In this document: positions 53,627 to 63,817 of the stretch, in pieces
Layout of the letters: the number at the start of each line of letters is the position of its first letter
How positions within the stretch are numbered: position 1 is the stretch's first letter
Assembly: GCA_965229365.1 (NCBI GenBank)
Contig: OZ245878.1
Location: 1,472,820 to 1,536,819 of the forward strand
Direction of reading: 5' to 3'
DNA: 64,000 nt
From: Methanocorpusculum sp.
GTDB taxonomy: Archaea; Halobacteriota; Methanomicrobia; Methanomicrobiales; Methanocorpusculaceae
Notes under the pieces: model-generated
What the model saw: the letters and a program-made list of their open reading frames with translations, nothing else
Databases searched by the model: none
What the model was told of the DNA's origin: nothing
Program-made: the position numbers and the translations under genes

Positions 53627-54295
53627 ATGGTGCCCCATCACGCAATTAGTCTCATAGCCGACAACCAGAAAGGTATCCTCAGAGATATCGGTTCGGTATG
53701 CGCTGAGCAAAATGCGAATATTACCTCCATTCAGCAGGAGATTCTGACCCGCGGACCGGATAAGGGCTATGCGTGGGCGGACATCGAGATTGAAGGCGGG
53801 GATGACACCGATGCAATCCTCTCGGAACTCCGTCTCGTAACAGGTGTGCGTGAAGTCGTTTTGCACGACACGTTTGAGGAAATTTTTGGAAAGCGCGTCA
53901 TCATCATCGGCGGAGGGGCGCAAGTGGCCCAGGTCGCGATGGGAGCAGTGAATGAAGCAGACCGGCACAATATCAGAGGCGAACGCATTTCTGTCGATAC
54001 CATCCCGCTGGTCGGTGAACAGAATCTGGCGCGTGCCGTGGAAGCGGTCGGCCGCCTGCCCCGCGCCTCGATCCTTGTCCTTGCCGGTTCGCTGATGGGT
54101 GGCGAGATAACCAGTGTCATCAGATCCATTCAGGCGGACGGCATCCCGGTGATCTGTCTGAAAATGGTGGGAAGCGCCTCTTCGGCAGCCGATCTCGTGG
54201 TCACCGATCCGATTCAGGCAGGGGTCATGGCCGTGATGCATATCAGCACAATCGGCGTATTCGATATTGCAAAAGTGAAAGGGGAAGAGTTCTGA
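53627..54295 (+). CDS. ACT-domain-containing protein of unknown function
   Basis: N-terminal regulatory ACT-like fold (ISLIADNQKGILRDIGSV), then a Rossmann-like GGGAQVA segment. Confidence 0.4.
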   Translation: MVPHHAISLIADNQKGILRDIGSVCAEQNANITSIQQEILTRGPDKGYAWADIEIEGGDDTDAILSELRLVTGVREVVLHDTFEEIFGKRVIIIGGGAQVAQVAMGAVNEADRHNIRGERISVDTIPLVGEQNLARAVEAVGRLPRASILVLAGSLMGGEITSVIRSIQADGIPVICLKMVGSASSAADLVVTDPIQAGVMAVMHISTIGVFDIAKVKGEEF

Positions 54296-54891
54296 TGATA
54301 ATACCAACAGAAGAAACCAGAATAGAAAAAGCCGTCCGCGTCTTATCCCGCGACGGCCTTGTTGTATATCCGACGGAAACCGTGTACGGGCTTGGTGCGG
54401 ACGCTTTGTCGGACACCGCGGTCATCAAAGTCTACGAAGCAAAACAGCGACCTCTTGGAAAACCGATCTCGGTCGCCGTTTCCGATATCGAAATGATCTA
54501 CGGCATTGCAGACGTCAGCCCGTTTGCGAAACGGTTCATCAGCAAATTCCTGCCGGGTCCAATCACGATCGTTCTCCCGGTGAAAAACTGTCTGCCGGGC
54601 GACCTTTCCGGAGGGACGGGTACGATTGGAATACGGTATCCCGATCACACCCTGGCTCTTGAACTGATCTCCATGTTCGACTGTCCGATAACCGCGACCT
54701 CGGCGAACATCTCGGGCGAAATTTCGCCTGTAAGCGTCGATCAGGTCAACGTTCCTCATGATTATCTGCTTGACGGCGGCGTTCTTCCGGGCATTCCGAG
54801 CACGGTCGTCAATCTTGAAACAAGAAAAATTGAGCGTCCCGGCGCGATGCTGGACGACATCGCCCGTTTCTTTATTGAAGACGCGAAGTGA
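54295..54891 (+). CDS. tsaC: L-threonylcarbamoyladenylate synthase (YrdC/TsaC type)
   Basis: VVYPTETVYGLGADA ... KxR motif; 198 aa = YrdC-only length. Confidence 0.75.
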   Translation: MIIPTEETRIEKAVRVLSRDGLVVYPTETVYGLGADALSDTAVIKVYEAKQRPLGKPISVAVSDIEMIYGIADVSPFAKRFISKFLPGPITIVLPVKNCLPGDLSGGTGTIGIRYPDHTLALELISMFDCPITATSANISGEISPVSVDQVNVPHDYLLDGGVLPGIPSTVVNLETRKIERPGAMLDDIARFFIEDAK

Positions 54892-54915
54892 AAAAAAACC
54901 TACTTAGTATCCGGC

Positions 54916-57319
54916 ATGACCTGTTCGGCATGCTCTCTTCATGTTGAAAAGGCCGCAAAAAGTGTAGAGGGTGTGAAATCCGCGTCAGTGAATCTTCTGG
55001 AAAACCGTCTGGTGGTCGACTCGGATGATGTATCCGATGATCAGATCAGACAGGCCGTGCGCGCAGCCAGATATGATCTGGTTTTGGGCGATACCCCTCG
55101 CGGGGGGTTCGCTTCGCCCGATGCAGATCCGGCTTATTGTCTCTTTTGCTTTTCTTATTCCGCTTATGTATGTGTCGATGGGTCATATGTGGGGGTTGCC
55201 CCTCCTCGAATGGACCCATGATCCGGCAAACGCCGGGATATTCGCCCTCCTCCAGCTTGTTTTGACCATCCCGATCGTCATCGCGAACAACAAATACTAC
55301 ACATCCGGCATCCCAGCACTCTTCCGCCGTGCCCCGAACATGGACTCGCTTGTGGCGATGGGCTCTCTTGCGGCGCTCATATACGGGCTGTATGCGATCT
55401 ACATGATTTTTTCAGCGCTCGCAAGCGGCGATACGGCCGCTGCCGGAACGTGGTCCATGGACCTCTACTTCGAATCGGCGGCGATGATCCTTTCGCTCGT
55501 TACGATCGGCAAGTATCTGGAGACGAGATCGAAAGGAAAGACCACCGAGGCGGTCAGAAAATTCATCGACCTTGCCCCGAAAACGGCAACTGTCCTCCGC
55601 AGCGGCGTTGAAGTGATCGTCCCCGCCAAAGAAGTCGTGGTCGGCGACCTTATCGTGGTCTGACCGGGGGCAGGCATCCCGGTCGACGGCACGATAACGG
55701 AAGATTCGGCGCCGATCGATATGTCGGCTTTGACCGGCGAAAGCATTCCCGTGATCAAAAATCCGGGCGATGCCATCTCTGCAGGAACGATCTCGCTTGG
55801 AAGTTTTACGTTCCGTTCGTAAAAGGTCGGCGAAGACACGACGCTCGCCGCGATCATCGAACTCGTGCAGAATGCCAACGCATCCAAGGCTCCGATAGGG
55901 AAGATCGCCGACAAAGTGAGCGGGATCTTTGTCCCTCTGGTCATGACCATCGCCGTTCTTTCGGGAGCGTTCTGGCTGTTTCTCGGCGAGCCGTTTACGT
56001 TTGCCCTTTCCATCGCGATCTCGGTTCTCGTCATCTCATGTCCCTGTGCTTTGGGACTTGCCACACCTGTCGCCATCATGGTTGCGACCTGAAAGGCCGC
56101 TTCTCTTGGCATTTTGATAAAATCCGCAGAGTCGATCGAGACCGCCGGCCGTGCCGACACCATCCTTCTCGATAAGACGGGAACTGTCACAATTGGAAAG
56201 TCCGAGGTCACCGGGGTCGTCACGCTTTCCGGGACAACGGACGAACTCCTACTGATCGCCGCCTCGGTCGAATCCGCATCGGAGCATCCTCTCTCAAAAG
56301 CCATCATCACCTATGCCGGAGAACACGGCATCATGCCGGTTAAAGCGCAGGATTTCGTCTCGGTTCCGGGACGAGGCGTCTCGGCCATGGTGAACCAGAA
56401 GATCTGTTATGCCGGAAAAGCCGCCTTCATGGAGGAAAACGGGATATCTCTTACCCAGGCGAACATGACCGGGACTCCGCTCTACTTCGCCGCCGGAAAG
56501 GAAATGCTTAGCATCATCTCCGTTGCCGACCGGATTCGACCCACCTCTAAAGTGGCCGTTGCCGGACTGCAGGATCTCGGTCTGGATATCGTGCTTTTGA
56601 CCGGCGATACCAGAACGGTTGCCGAATCCATCGCCGGGCAGCTGTCGATCGGTAACGTGATCGCCGAAGTTATGCCTGCAGAAAAAGAGGGGAAGGTCAG
56701 ATCACTGCAGGAAGCGAGCCATCATGTCATCATGGTCAGAGACGGGATCAACAATTCCCCCTCGCTTGCGAGAACCGATGTGGGTATCGCGATCGGTGCG
56801 GGTTCCGACATCGCTTTGGAATCCGCCGACTTCGTTTTGATGAAAAGCGATCCCTGGGACATCGTTTCGGCGATCCGCCTCAGCCGTGCCACGCTTCTAA
56901 ACATCAAGGAGAATCTCTTCTGGGCCTTCATCTACAACACGATCGGCATCCCCCTTGCACCCGGGGTGTTCTTTGTTCCGTTTGGATGGAAACTCTCTCC
57001 CGGCTTTGCGGCTCTGGTGATGAGTCTCTCTTCGGTCTGCGTTGTAATGAATGCGCTCAGGCTTAGATTTTTTACATCAGACATCCCAACTATTTCAAAA
57101 GAGGAAACCATGAAAAAAGTACTTACTATCGATGGTATAATGTGCGAACACTGTAAAATGGCTGTTGAAAAAGCTCTCGCCCAAATCCCCGGTGTCGTCT
57201 CGGCAAGTGTGGATCTCAAAGCAAAAACCGCCGCGGTGGAACTTTCGGCCGAGGTTTCGGATGTCGAGTTTACTAAGGTAATTTCCGAGTCAGGTTACAC
57301 AATTCTGTCTATTAAGTGA
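54916..57319 (+). pseudogene. copA: copper-translocating P1B-type ATPase with N- and C-terminal HMA domains; one frame break plus three in-frame nonsense codons
   Basis: GMTCSAC HMA; TGE, CPC, DKTGT, GDGINN, HMA-C (CEHC). Frame shift near the G-run at about 55105. TGA 55661-63 replaces the Arg of VV(R)PGE, TAA 55820-22, TGA 56090-92 replaces the Gly of GTGKGA. All the rest is one frame. Confidence 0.75.
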
Positions 57320-57412
57320 TAAAATAGACAAAAATATTTCCGTTTCTATTATATGTTCCCCCGTAAATAATACTATGAGATTTTTTTTACCGCTTGATCG
57401 GAGGATACATAT

Positions 57413-59119
57413 TTGACATTACATTACTCTGAAGAAAACAAACGTTCGCTGTATGAAGCACTCCTATATGGTTTCAACCGGGCAGGCAATACTTCACCCG
57501 CAGCCGCATATTACGGAAGGCACATCTCTTTCAACCAGTTTATGGACGAGGTCCATGCGATATCTGCGGCCCTGGTGAAGCATGGTGTGAAAAAAGGCGA
57601 TCATATCACCATTTTCCTGCCGAACATCCCTCAGGGAGTTCTGGCTCTCTATGCCGTCAACCGGATCGGCGCAATATGCAATATGGTCCACCCCTTATCA
57701 CCTCAGGAAGACATCGATTATGCAATAAAACTCACGGAAAGCAGGATCGTTCTCGCATGCGAAGTCAACGAAGGTTTCCTTTCCGGGAAAAATATCGAGG
57801 TCATCAGATGCAGGACCTCCGGCTACTTCCCTTCTACTCCGAAAGGGTTTGTGCTGGACAAAGGATTCCGGTTTGCCATGCGGAAATATCCAAAGGTACA
57901 GAACGTCGCAAAGATCACGCTGTGGAACGATCTTCTTGCCGAAGGAACGAAACTGATCAAAGAAGGTTTTCAGCTTCAGGCTGACGACGTGAAACCGGAC
58001 GATACCGCCGTGATCATGTATACCGGCGGAACAACAGGCGACTCGAAAGGCGTCATGCTCTCCAACTATGCGGTGAACTCGATGTCGATCCAGCTTTTAA
58101 TCGACATCGGCGAGGGAAAAACAGATGTGGGCGATGGGTTCCTTGCTATCCTCCCGATATTCCACGCATTCGGTCTGGCGGTTTCCGTCCATGCGCCGCT
58201 TATCTCGGGTATGAAAGTGGTTCTCGTACCCAGATTCGATCCGAAAGGATGCGCCCAGCAGATTTTCTCCGAAGATATCCTGTTCCTTCCGGGAGTGCCG
58301 GCCCTGTTCGAACGCATGTATCCCTACTTCAAAAATAAAGATCTCTCAAGAATGAAGCTCATGGTCAGCGGAGGGGACCGTGTCTCCAAAGAGCTCGCCA
58401 ATAAATATAATGTTCTTTTAAGGAGAGCCAAAGCGGACATCCTTTTCAGGACCGGTTACGGGCTGACGGAGGCGTGCGGTGCCTGCTGTCTCGTCTCGAA
58501 CCAATATGAAAAACTCCCGACCGGCTGTGTTGGTTTTCCGGTCACCGGAACTAAGGTCTGCGTCGTGAAGCCGGGCACAACGGAAGTCGTGCCCGACGGT
58601 GTGGAAGGCGAACTTTGTTTCCTTGGTCCTTCGGTGATGAAAGGGTATTACAAGAACGAAGAGGCAACAAAGGACGTTCTCCGAATCCATGAGGATGGAA
58701 ACGTCTGGCTTCATACCGGTGATCTCGTCGTGATCAGGAAGGACGGAAACGTCTGTTTCCGTTCCCGGCATAAGAGACTCGTGAAGGTGAACGGCTATAA
58801 TGTGTATCCGACCGTCATTGAGGAGGCGATGCAGAACCACCTCGATGTCAAACAGGTATGCGCCGTTGCGACTCCCTGGAAACTTGACCGGAAGATCAAA
58901 CTGTTCGTTGTTCCGGAAAAGCCGGTCGGCTCTTTTGATTCGGCGGAAAAGGAGAAGCTCCTGATCGATTACGCCAAAGACCAGATGAACCGCTGGAGTG
59001 TTCCGGTCAAGGTGGAGTTCGTGGCCGATCTTCCCATGACCAAGTTCAATAAGATCGATTACCGTCTGCTGGAAAAGCAGGAACTTTCACAGGCAAACGA
59101 AAAAAAGCAGGCTGAGTAA
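57413..59119 (+). CDS. AMP-forming acyl-CoA synthetase/ligase (ANL superfamily), paralog 1
   Basis: YTGGTTGDSKGV (A3), TGYGLTEA (A5), TGD (A7), KVNGYNVYP (A8). Confidence 0.75.
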   Translation: MTLHYSEENKRSLYEALLYGFNRAGNTSPAAAYYGRHISFNQFMDEVHAISAALVKHGVKKGDHITIFLPNIPQGVLALYAVNRIGAICNMVHPLSPQEDIDYAIKLTESRIVLACEVNEGFLSGKNIEVIRCRTSGYFPSTPKGFVLDKGFRFAMRKYPKVQNVAKITLWNDLLAEGTKLIKEGFQLQADDVKPDDTAVIMYTGGTTGDSKGVMLSNYAVNSMSIQLLIDIGEGKTDVGDGFLAILPIFHAFGLAVSVHAPLISGMKVVLVPRFDPKGCAQQIFSEDILFLPGVPALFERMYPYFKNKDLSRMKLMVSGGDRVSKELANKYNVLLRRAKADILFRTGYGLTEACGACCLVSNQYEKLPTGCVGFPVTGTKVCVVKPGTTEVVPDGVEGELCFLGPSVMKGYYKNEEATKDVLRIHEDGNVWLHTGDLVVIRKDGNVCFRSRHKRLVKVNGYNVYPTVIEEAMQNHLDVKQVCAVATPWKLDRKIKLFVVPEKPVGSFDSAEKEKLLIDYAKDQMNRWSVPVKVEFVADLPMTKFNKIDYRLLEKQELSQANEKKQAE

Positions 59120-59123
59120 TATC

Positions 59124-60812
59124 ATGTCACGTCCAGTATTTAGAGACGATGCAAAGACGGAACTGGAATACTCGGACGAGACGAAACAGTCTCTCTATTC
59201 CATGTTCAACTATGGTGTGCAGCATGCAGGCCGCGAAGCCGTCGCCATTCAATATTTCGACAACCGGATCACGTACGGGAAACTGTATGATCTCGTCGAC
59301 ACCTGTGCCACGGGTTTTCTCGAGCGCGGTGTAAAGAAAGGCGATTTCGTCACGCTCTTTCTGCCGAACATCCCGCAGTGCGTCGTTGCGGTCTATGCTC
59401 TGAACCGGATCGGTGCGGTCTGTAATATGGTCCACCCCCTCTCGACCTTATCAGAGTTGGAGAATGCGGTCAAACTTACGGACAGTAAACTCATCCTCAC
59501 CTTCGAGCTGAACGAAGGTCTCGCGTCCAACTTCGATCTTGATATCATCCGGTGCAGAACGCCGGGCTACTTCCCGCCGTGTCCGAAGGGCTTTGTGATG
59601 AAGACCGTCTACTCCTACAAGGTCCGGAAATCGCCTAAGGCCTCTTCCCGCGTCACCGAATGGACCGATCTTCTGGCAGCCGGCGAAAAGAGGCTCAAGA
59701 CAATGCCTCTCCCGCCCTGCGAAGGAAAAGCCGACGATACGGCCGTCATCATGTACACAGGCGGGACAACCGGGCCCGCGAAAGGGGTCATGATCTCGAA
59801 CTGGTCAGTGAACTACGTCACGACGCGTCTTCTTCTGGAAAACGTCACACACACCGCCCATATCGGGGACGGATTCCTCGCAATCCTTCCACTCTTCCAT
59901 GCATTCGGTCTTGCAGTCTGCATCCAGGCCCCGCTTTCATCAGGCATGCGGATCATGCTCTCCCCCCGTTTCAATGATAAAGAGTGCAGCAGTCTTCTCC
60001 TCAAAGAGAAGGTCGCCTATGTGATTGGCGTTCCCGCGATGTACGAGCGGATGTATCCGTATCTGAAAGATCACGACCTCTCGTTTATGAAGCATGTGGT
60101 CTGCGGAGGAGACTGGGTGAGTCATGATCTCGCCTATCGGTATAACGAGATCTTGGGAAAAGACAAGGGAGGTGCTGAGTTCCGTCCAGGCTATGGTCTA
60201 ACCGAGGCCTGCGGGACCTGCTCTCTTACACGGAATCATTACCAGGCGTTCCCTGAAGGATGCGTGGGAATCCCTGTAGAAGGAACGGACATCTGCCTCG
60301 TGAAGCCCGGGACCGTGGAATTGGTTCCCGAGGGCGAAGAGGGGGAGCTGTGCATCCTCAGTCCTTCGCTGATGAAAGGATATTATGAAAATCCCGAGGC
60401 GACTGACGACGTCTTAAAGATCCATCCCGACGGAAAACGCTGGCTCCACACGGGAGACATATTCGTCATCGGCGAAGAGAACAATCTATGCTTCAGATCA
60501 CGTATCAAGCGGCTGGTCAAGGTGAACGGGTATAACGTCTATCCTCCTCTGATCGAAGCGGCAATGGAAGGCTGTCCGATCGTTGCAAAAGCCTGCGCTG
60601 TAGGCTTCACGTGGCGGGATGACCGGCGGATCAAACTGTATGTGACCCTGAAACAGAAGATGGATCATGCCGAAGCTGAAAAACGTCTGCTTGCCTTTGC
60701 GACCGAACATCTGAATCACTGGAGCGTTCCAAAAGCGTTCGTCATTCTCGACGAGATGCCGATGACGAAGATGAACAAGCTCGATTACATGACGCTGCAG
60801 GATAACGTCTAA
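59124..60812 (+). CDS. AMP-forming acyl-CoA synthetase/ligase, paralog 2
   Basis: Same motif set (YTGGTTGPAKGV, PGYGLTEA, KVNGYNVYP); 5 nt after paralog 1. Confidence 0.75.
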   Translation: MSRPVFRDDAKTELEYSDETKQSLYSMFNYGVQHAGREAVAIQYFDNRITYGKLYDLVDTCATGFLERGVKKGDFVTLFLPNIPQCVVAVYALNRIGAVCNMVHPLSTLSELENAVKLTDSKLILTFELNEGLASNFDLDIIRCRTPGYFPPCPKGFVMKTVYSYKVRKSPKASSRVTEWTDLLAAGEKRLKTMPLPPCEGKADDTAVIMYTGGTTGPAKGVMISNWSVNYVTTRLLLENVTHTAHIGDGFLAILPLFHAFGLAVCIQAPLSSGMRIMLSPRFNDKECSSLLLKEKVAYVIGVPAMYERMYPYLKDHDLSFMKHVVCGGDWVSHDLAYRYNEILGKDKGGAEFRPGYGLTEACGTCSLTRNHYQAFPEGCVGIPVEGTDICLVKPGTVELVPEGEEGELCILSPSLMKGYYENPEATDDVLKIHPDGKRWLHTGDIFVIGEENNLCFRSRIKRLVKVNGYNVYPPLIEAAMEGCPIVAKACAVGFTWRDDRRIKLYVTLKQKMDHAEAEKRLLAFATEHLNHWSVPKAFVILDEMPMTKMNKLDYMTLQDNV

Positions 60813-60909
60813 CCTCTTTTTTATGCCGGCATCCTCTTTCGGCACGCCGTTTTCGGCCGAAGTATAAATACTATTTGGGGCTGGCGTACGTCGTCAATTT
60901 ATACGGTAT

Positions 60910-62658
60910 TTGTTCAAATTCCGCATGACCGCCAGTTATAATATGCTATCATTCATATGTATATGGTTCATGACCGCCCGCATATACAGAAATGATTCCA
61001 TCACCAAACTGGAGTACACAAATGAGACGAAAAGGTCTCTCTATACCATGCTCACCTACGGTGGAACCCATGCAGGACCACAAGCAACCGCCATACAGTA
61101 TTATAATAATCATATCTCATACCGCAGTCTGATGGAACAGGTACATGCCTGTGCTGCCGGCCTCGTCCGCCGCGGTGTGAAAAAAGGCGATTTCGTCACC
61201 ATTTTTCTGCTGAATATCCCTCAAAGCGTTATCGCCGTGTATGCCGTCAACCGGATCGGCGCCGTCTGCAATCTCGTTCACCCGCTTTCAACGAAAGATG
61301 AACTGCGTTATGCGGTGGAACTCACCGAATCCAGGATCGTTTTGACCTTTGAACTCAACGAAGAGCACTGTTCCGATCTCGGCGTTGAGGTCATCCGCTG
61401 TAAAACGCCGGCCTACTTCCCCGCAGGAATCAAAGGGCGGATCATGAAAACGGTCTACAACCACTCGGTCCGTCATGCCAAACAGACGACCGGAAGATCC
61501 TGCGAATGGAGCACTCTTCTTGACGAAGGACGCGAATTTTTGAAAACTGCATCCCTTCCCCCGCACGATGTTACGCATGAGGATACTGCCGTCATCATGT
61601 ACACCGGCGGGACGACCGGCCCCTCGAAAGGCGTGATGCTGTCGAACACCTCGGTCAATTATCTGGCGACCCAGCTTCTTTATGACTATGCAGACGGCAC
61701 TCCCCATATCGGTGACGGCTTCCTTGCCGTCCTACCGATCTTCCATGCGTTTGGACTGACCGTCTGCATCCACACGCCGCTTGCGTCGGGAATGCGGGTC
61801 GTTCTCTGTCCGCGGTTCGATGCGAAGGAGTGCGCACGTCTCATCGTCGAGGAGAAGATAGCGTTCCTTTGCGGCGTTCCCGCGATGTACGGGCGGATTT
61901 ATCTGCATATCAAAGGTAAGGATCTCTCCTGCGTCAAGCATCTGGTATGCGGCGGGGACCGCGTCTCGCCCGAGCTTGCCTACCGGTATAACGACATTCT
62001 CGGCAAAGAGAAAGGGGGTGCGGAGTTCCGCCCGGGCTACGGACTGACCGAAGCCGGAGGGGCCTGCGTCATCACCGGTGTTCATTATTCCACCTTAAAG
62101 GAAGGAGGAGTCGGCGTCCCTCTTGCTGGAACTGAGATCTGCATCGTCGTGCCCGGCACTACTGATGTCCTTCCAAACACCGAGGAAGGGGAGCTTTGTA
62201 TGATTGGCCCTGCCATCATGACCGGCTACTACAAAAATCCGGAAGAGACCGCCGCTGTTCTCCGCATGCATGAAGACGGCCGCGTATGGCTCCACACCGG
62301 AGACATCGTTTCGATCGGCGACGGGAACAACATCAATTTCATATGCAGATACAAGCGACTGGTCAAAGTCAACGGCTACAATGTCTATCCTCTCATGATC
62401 GAGACCGTCATGGAGAAGTGCCCTATCATCTCCCAGTCCTGTGCAATGGGTATTCCCTGGAAAACGGATACGCGAATCAAACTCTATGTAACGCTGAAGC
62501 AGAAGATGGATCCTGAGGCCGCGGTAAAAGACATCATCGCCTTTGCCAAAGAGAATCTGAATCACTGGAGCGTTCCGGTCTCAATCTCGATTCTGGAAGC
62601 CATGCCCCTTACCAAAATGAATAAAACGGATTATAAAGCGCTGGAAAAGCAGGAATAG
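60910..62658 (+). CDS. AMP-forming acyl-CoA synthetase/ligase, paralog 3 (true start probably about 60 nt downstream of the listed one)
   Basis: YTGGTTGPSKGV, PGYGLTEA, KVNGYNVYP. Confidence 0.7.
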   Translation: MFKFRMTASYNMLSFICIWFMTARIYRNDSITKLEYTNETKRSLYTMLTYGGTHAGPQATAIQYYNNHISYRSLMEQVHACAAGLVRRGVKKGDFVTIFLLNIPQSVIAVYAVNRIGAVCNLVHPLSTKDELRYAVELTESRIVLTFELNEEHCSDLGVEVIRCKTPAYFPAGIKGRIMKTVYNHSVRHAKQTTGRSCEWSTLLDEGREFLKTASLPPHDVTHEDTAVIMYTGGTTGPSKGVMLSNTSVNYLATQLLYDYADGTPHIGDGFLAVLPIFHAFGLTVCIHTPLASGMRVVLCPRFDAKECARLIVEEKIAFLCGVPAMYGRIYLHIKGKDLSCVKHLVCGGDRVSPELAYRYNDILGKEKGGAEFRPGYGLTEAGGACVITGVHYSTLKEGGVGVPLAGTEICIVVPGTTDVLPNTEEGELCMIGPAIMTGYYKNPEETAAVLRMHEDGRVWLHTGDIVSIGDGNNINFICRYKRLVKVNGYNVYPLMIETVMEKCPIISQSCAMGIPWKTDTRIKLYVTLKQKMDPEAAVKDIIAFAKENLNHWSVPVSISILEAMPLTKMNKTDYKALEKQE

Positions 62659-62883
62659 CTTTTCAAGTTTTGGTAAAAAAATATAAATTGAGAACATCTA
62701 TCAACTCGTTTTTTAACACGAATCATGATTTAAGGAAGATTGGCTACATCCCTACACCCTCATCCCCCCAAAAAAAAGAAAAATACCCATTATTCCTTGA
62801 CGTTTTTTTTTAATTTACACTCTGTTTTGAATCGTTTTCACCTGATAGATATTATAACAAAATGCAGCCAGCATATTTTTCAC

Positions 62884-63755
62884 TCATACTATTTGTAGTG
62901 TTGTTACCTTCACCAACCCTGCATGAAAAACATTTTTGATCACTGCATAGGGTCTCTCGCCCTTTGATCTCTTCCTACTTATTCTCAGATTTCTCAGTTT
63001 ATCTCGTATGCCAATGGGATGCCCTCTCGCTCCCCTTTTCATTGTGGCACTATATCCCTTGCATTTTGCTCCCTGATATCCCCGATCCCGATAGACCACT
63101 TCCCTTTTTGTGACAGATCCACCTGACTATCATGAACATTTGCCGTGGTGGTTTCAATGCGTCGAATAAGATCGTGCGTCGTATCTATTATGGTATGAAG
63201 TTTATACCCATAGTGCATTTTGCCGTTCTTGGACATGATTTTTCCATCTTTATCCCGTCGTGTTTTTGCCTGCTCTCCTCGCGGCGTGTCTTTCTTACAA
63301 TGACCAGGTTCAGCATATACAAACGTTGCATCCTGGATCATACCTTGTTCAATTTTGAGACCTTTCAGGTCAAGTTGTCTCTGAAACTCCTGCCAAACCA
63401 ATGTATCAACGCCAGATTCGGACATGCGCTCCCGAAATAACCAGATCGTTGAATTGTCGGGTATTTTGTCAGGACAGCCAAGAAAATGCCAAAAGGAGAG
63501 ACGATCATAGATTTCACGTTCAACGGCGAGATCAGACAGACTATACCAGACTTCCAGAAGCTGAATCTTGAACATGAGAATTACATCAACATTGGGATGA
63601 CCGCCATTGCCGGATTTATTTGTATACATGGATTCAAGAAGAGGGCGAAACACATGCCAATCAAGTGTTTTACCAACGTCGGAGAGACGGTCGCCAAGTT
63701 TTTCATAACGTTCGTGATATGCCTGGTTGAGACCAAAGCTGCTGAAAGTCCCCAT
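62884..63755 (-). mobile_element. IS5-family (IS5 subgroup) DDE transposase gene in two frames (ORFs 63039..63755 + 62884..63099); element boundaries not resolved
   Basis: C-terminal YRDRGYQG ... RPYAVIKNVFHAGLVKVTTL matches the IS5 Y-x-D-x-GY and RVEH-F...K-Y-G signatures. Confidence 0.65.
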
Positions 63756-63817
63756 GCATACTACTCAACGTATGAAAAGAAAGTAATTTCTGTCGAAAAA
63801 AAAAGTTGTTAGAAATT

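Noticed and set aside
55465-56310. 281-aa minus-strand ORF overlapping copA
   Set aside because: It is antisense to a strongly conserved P-type ATPase frame, with low-complexity Ala/Ser/Thr-rich composition typical of a shadow ORF in GC-rich coding DNA.
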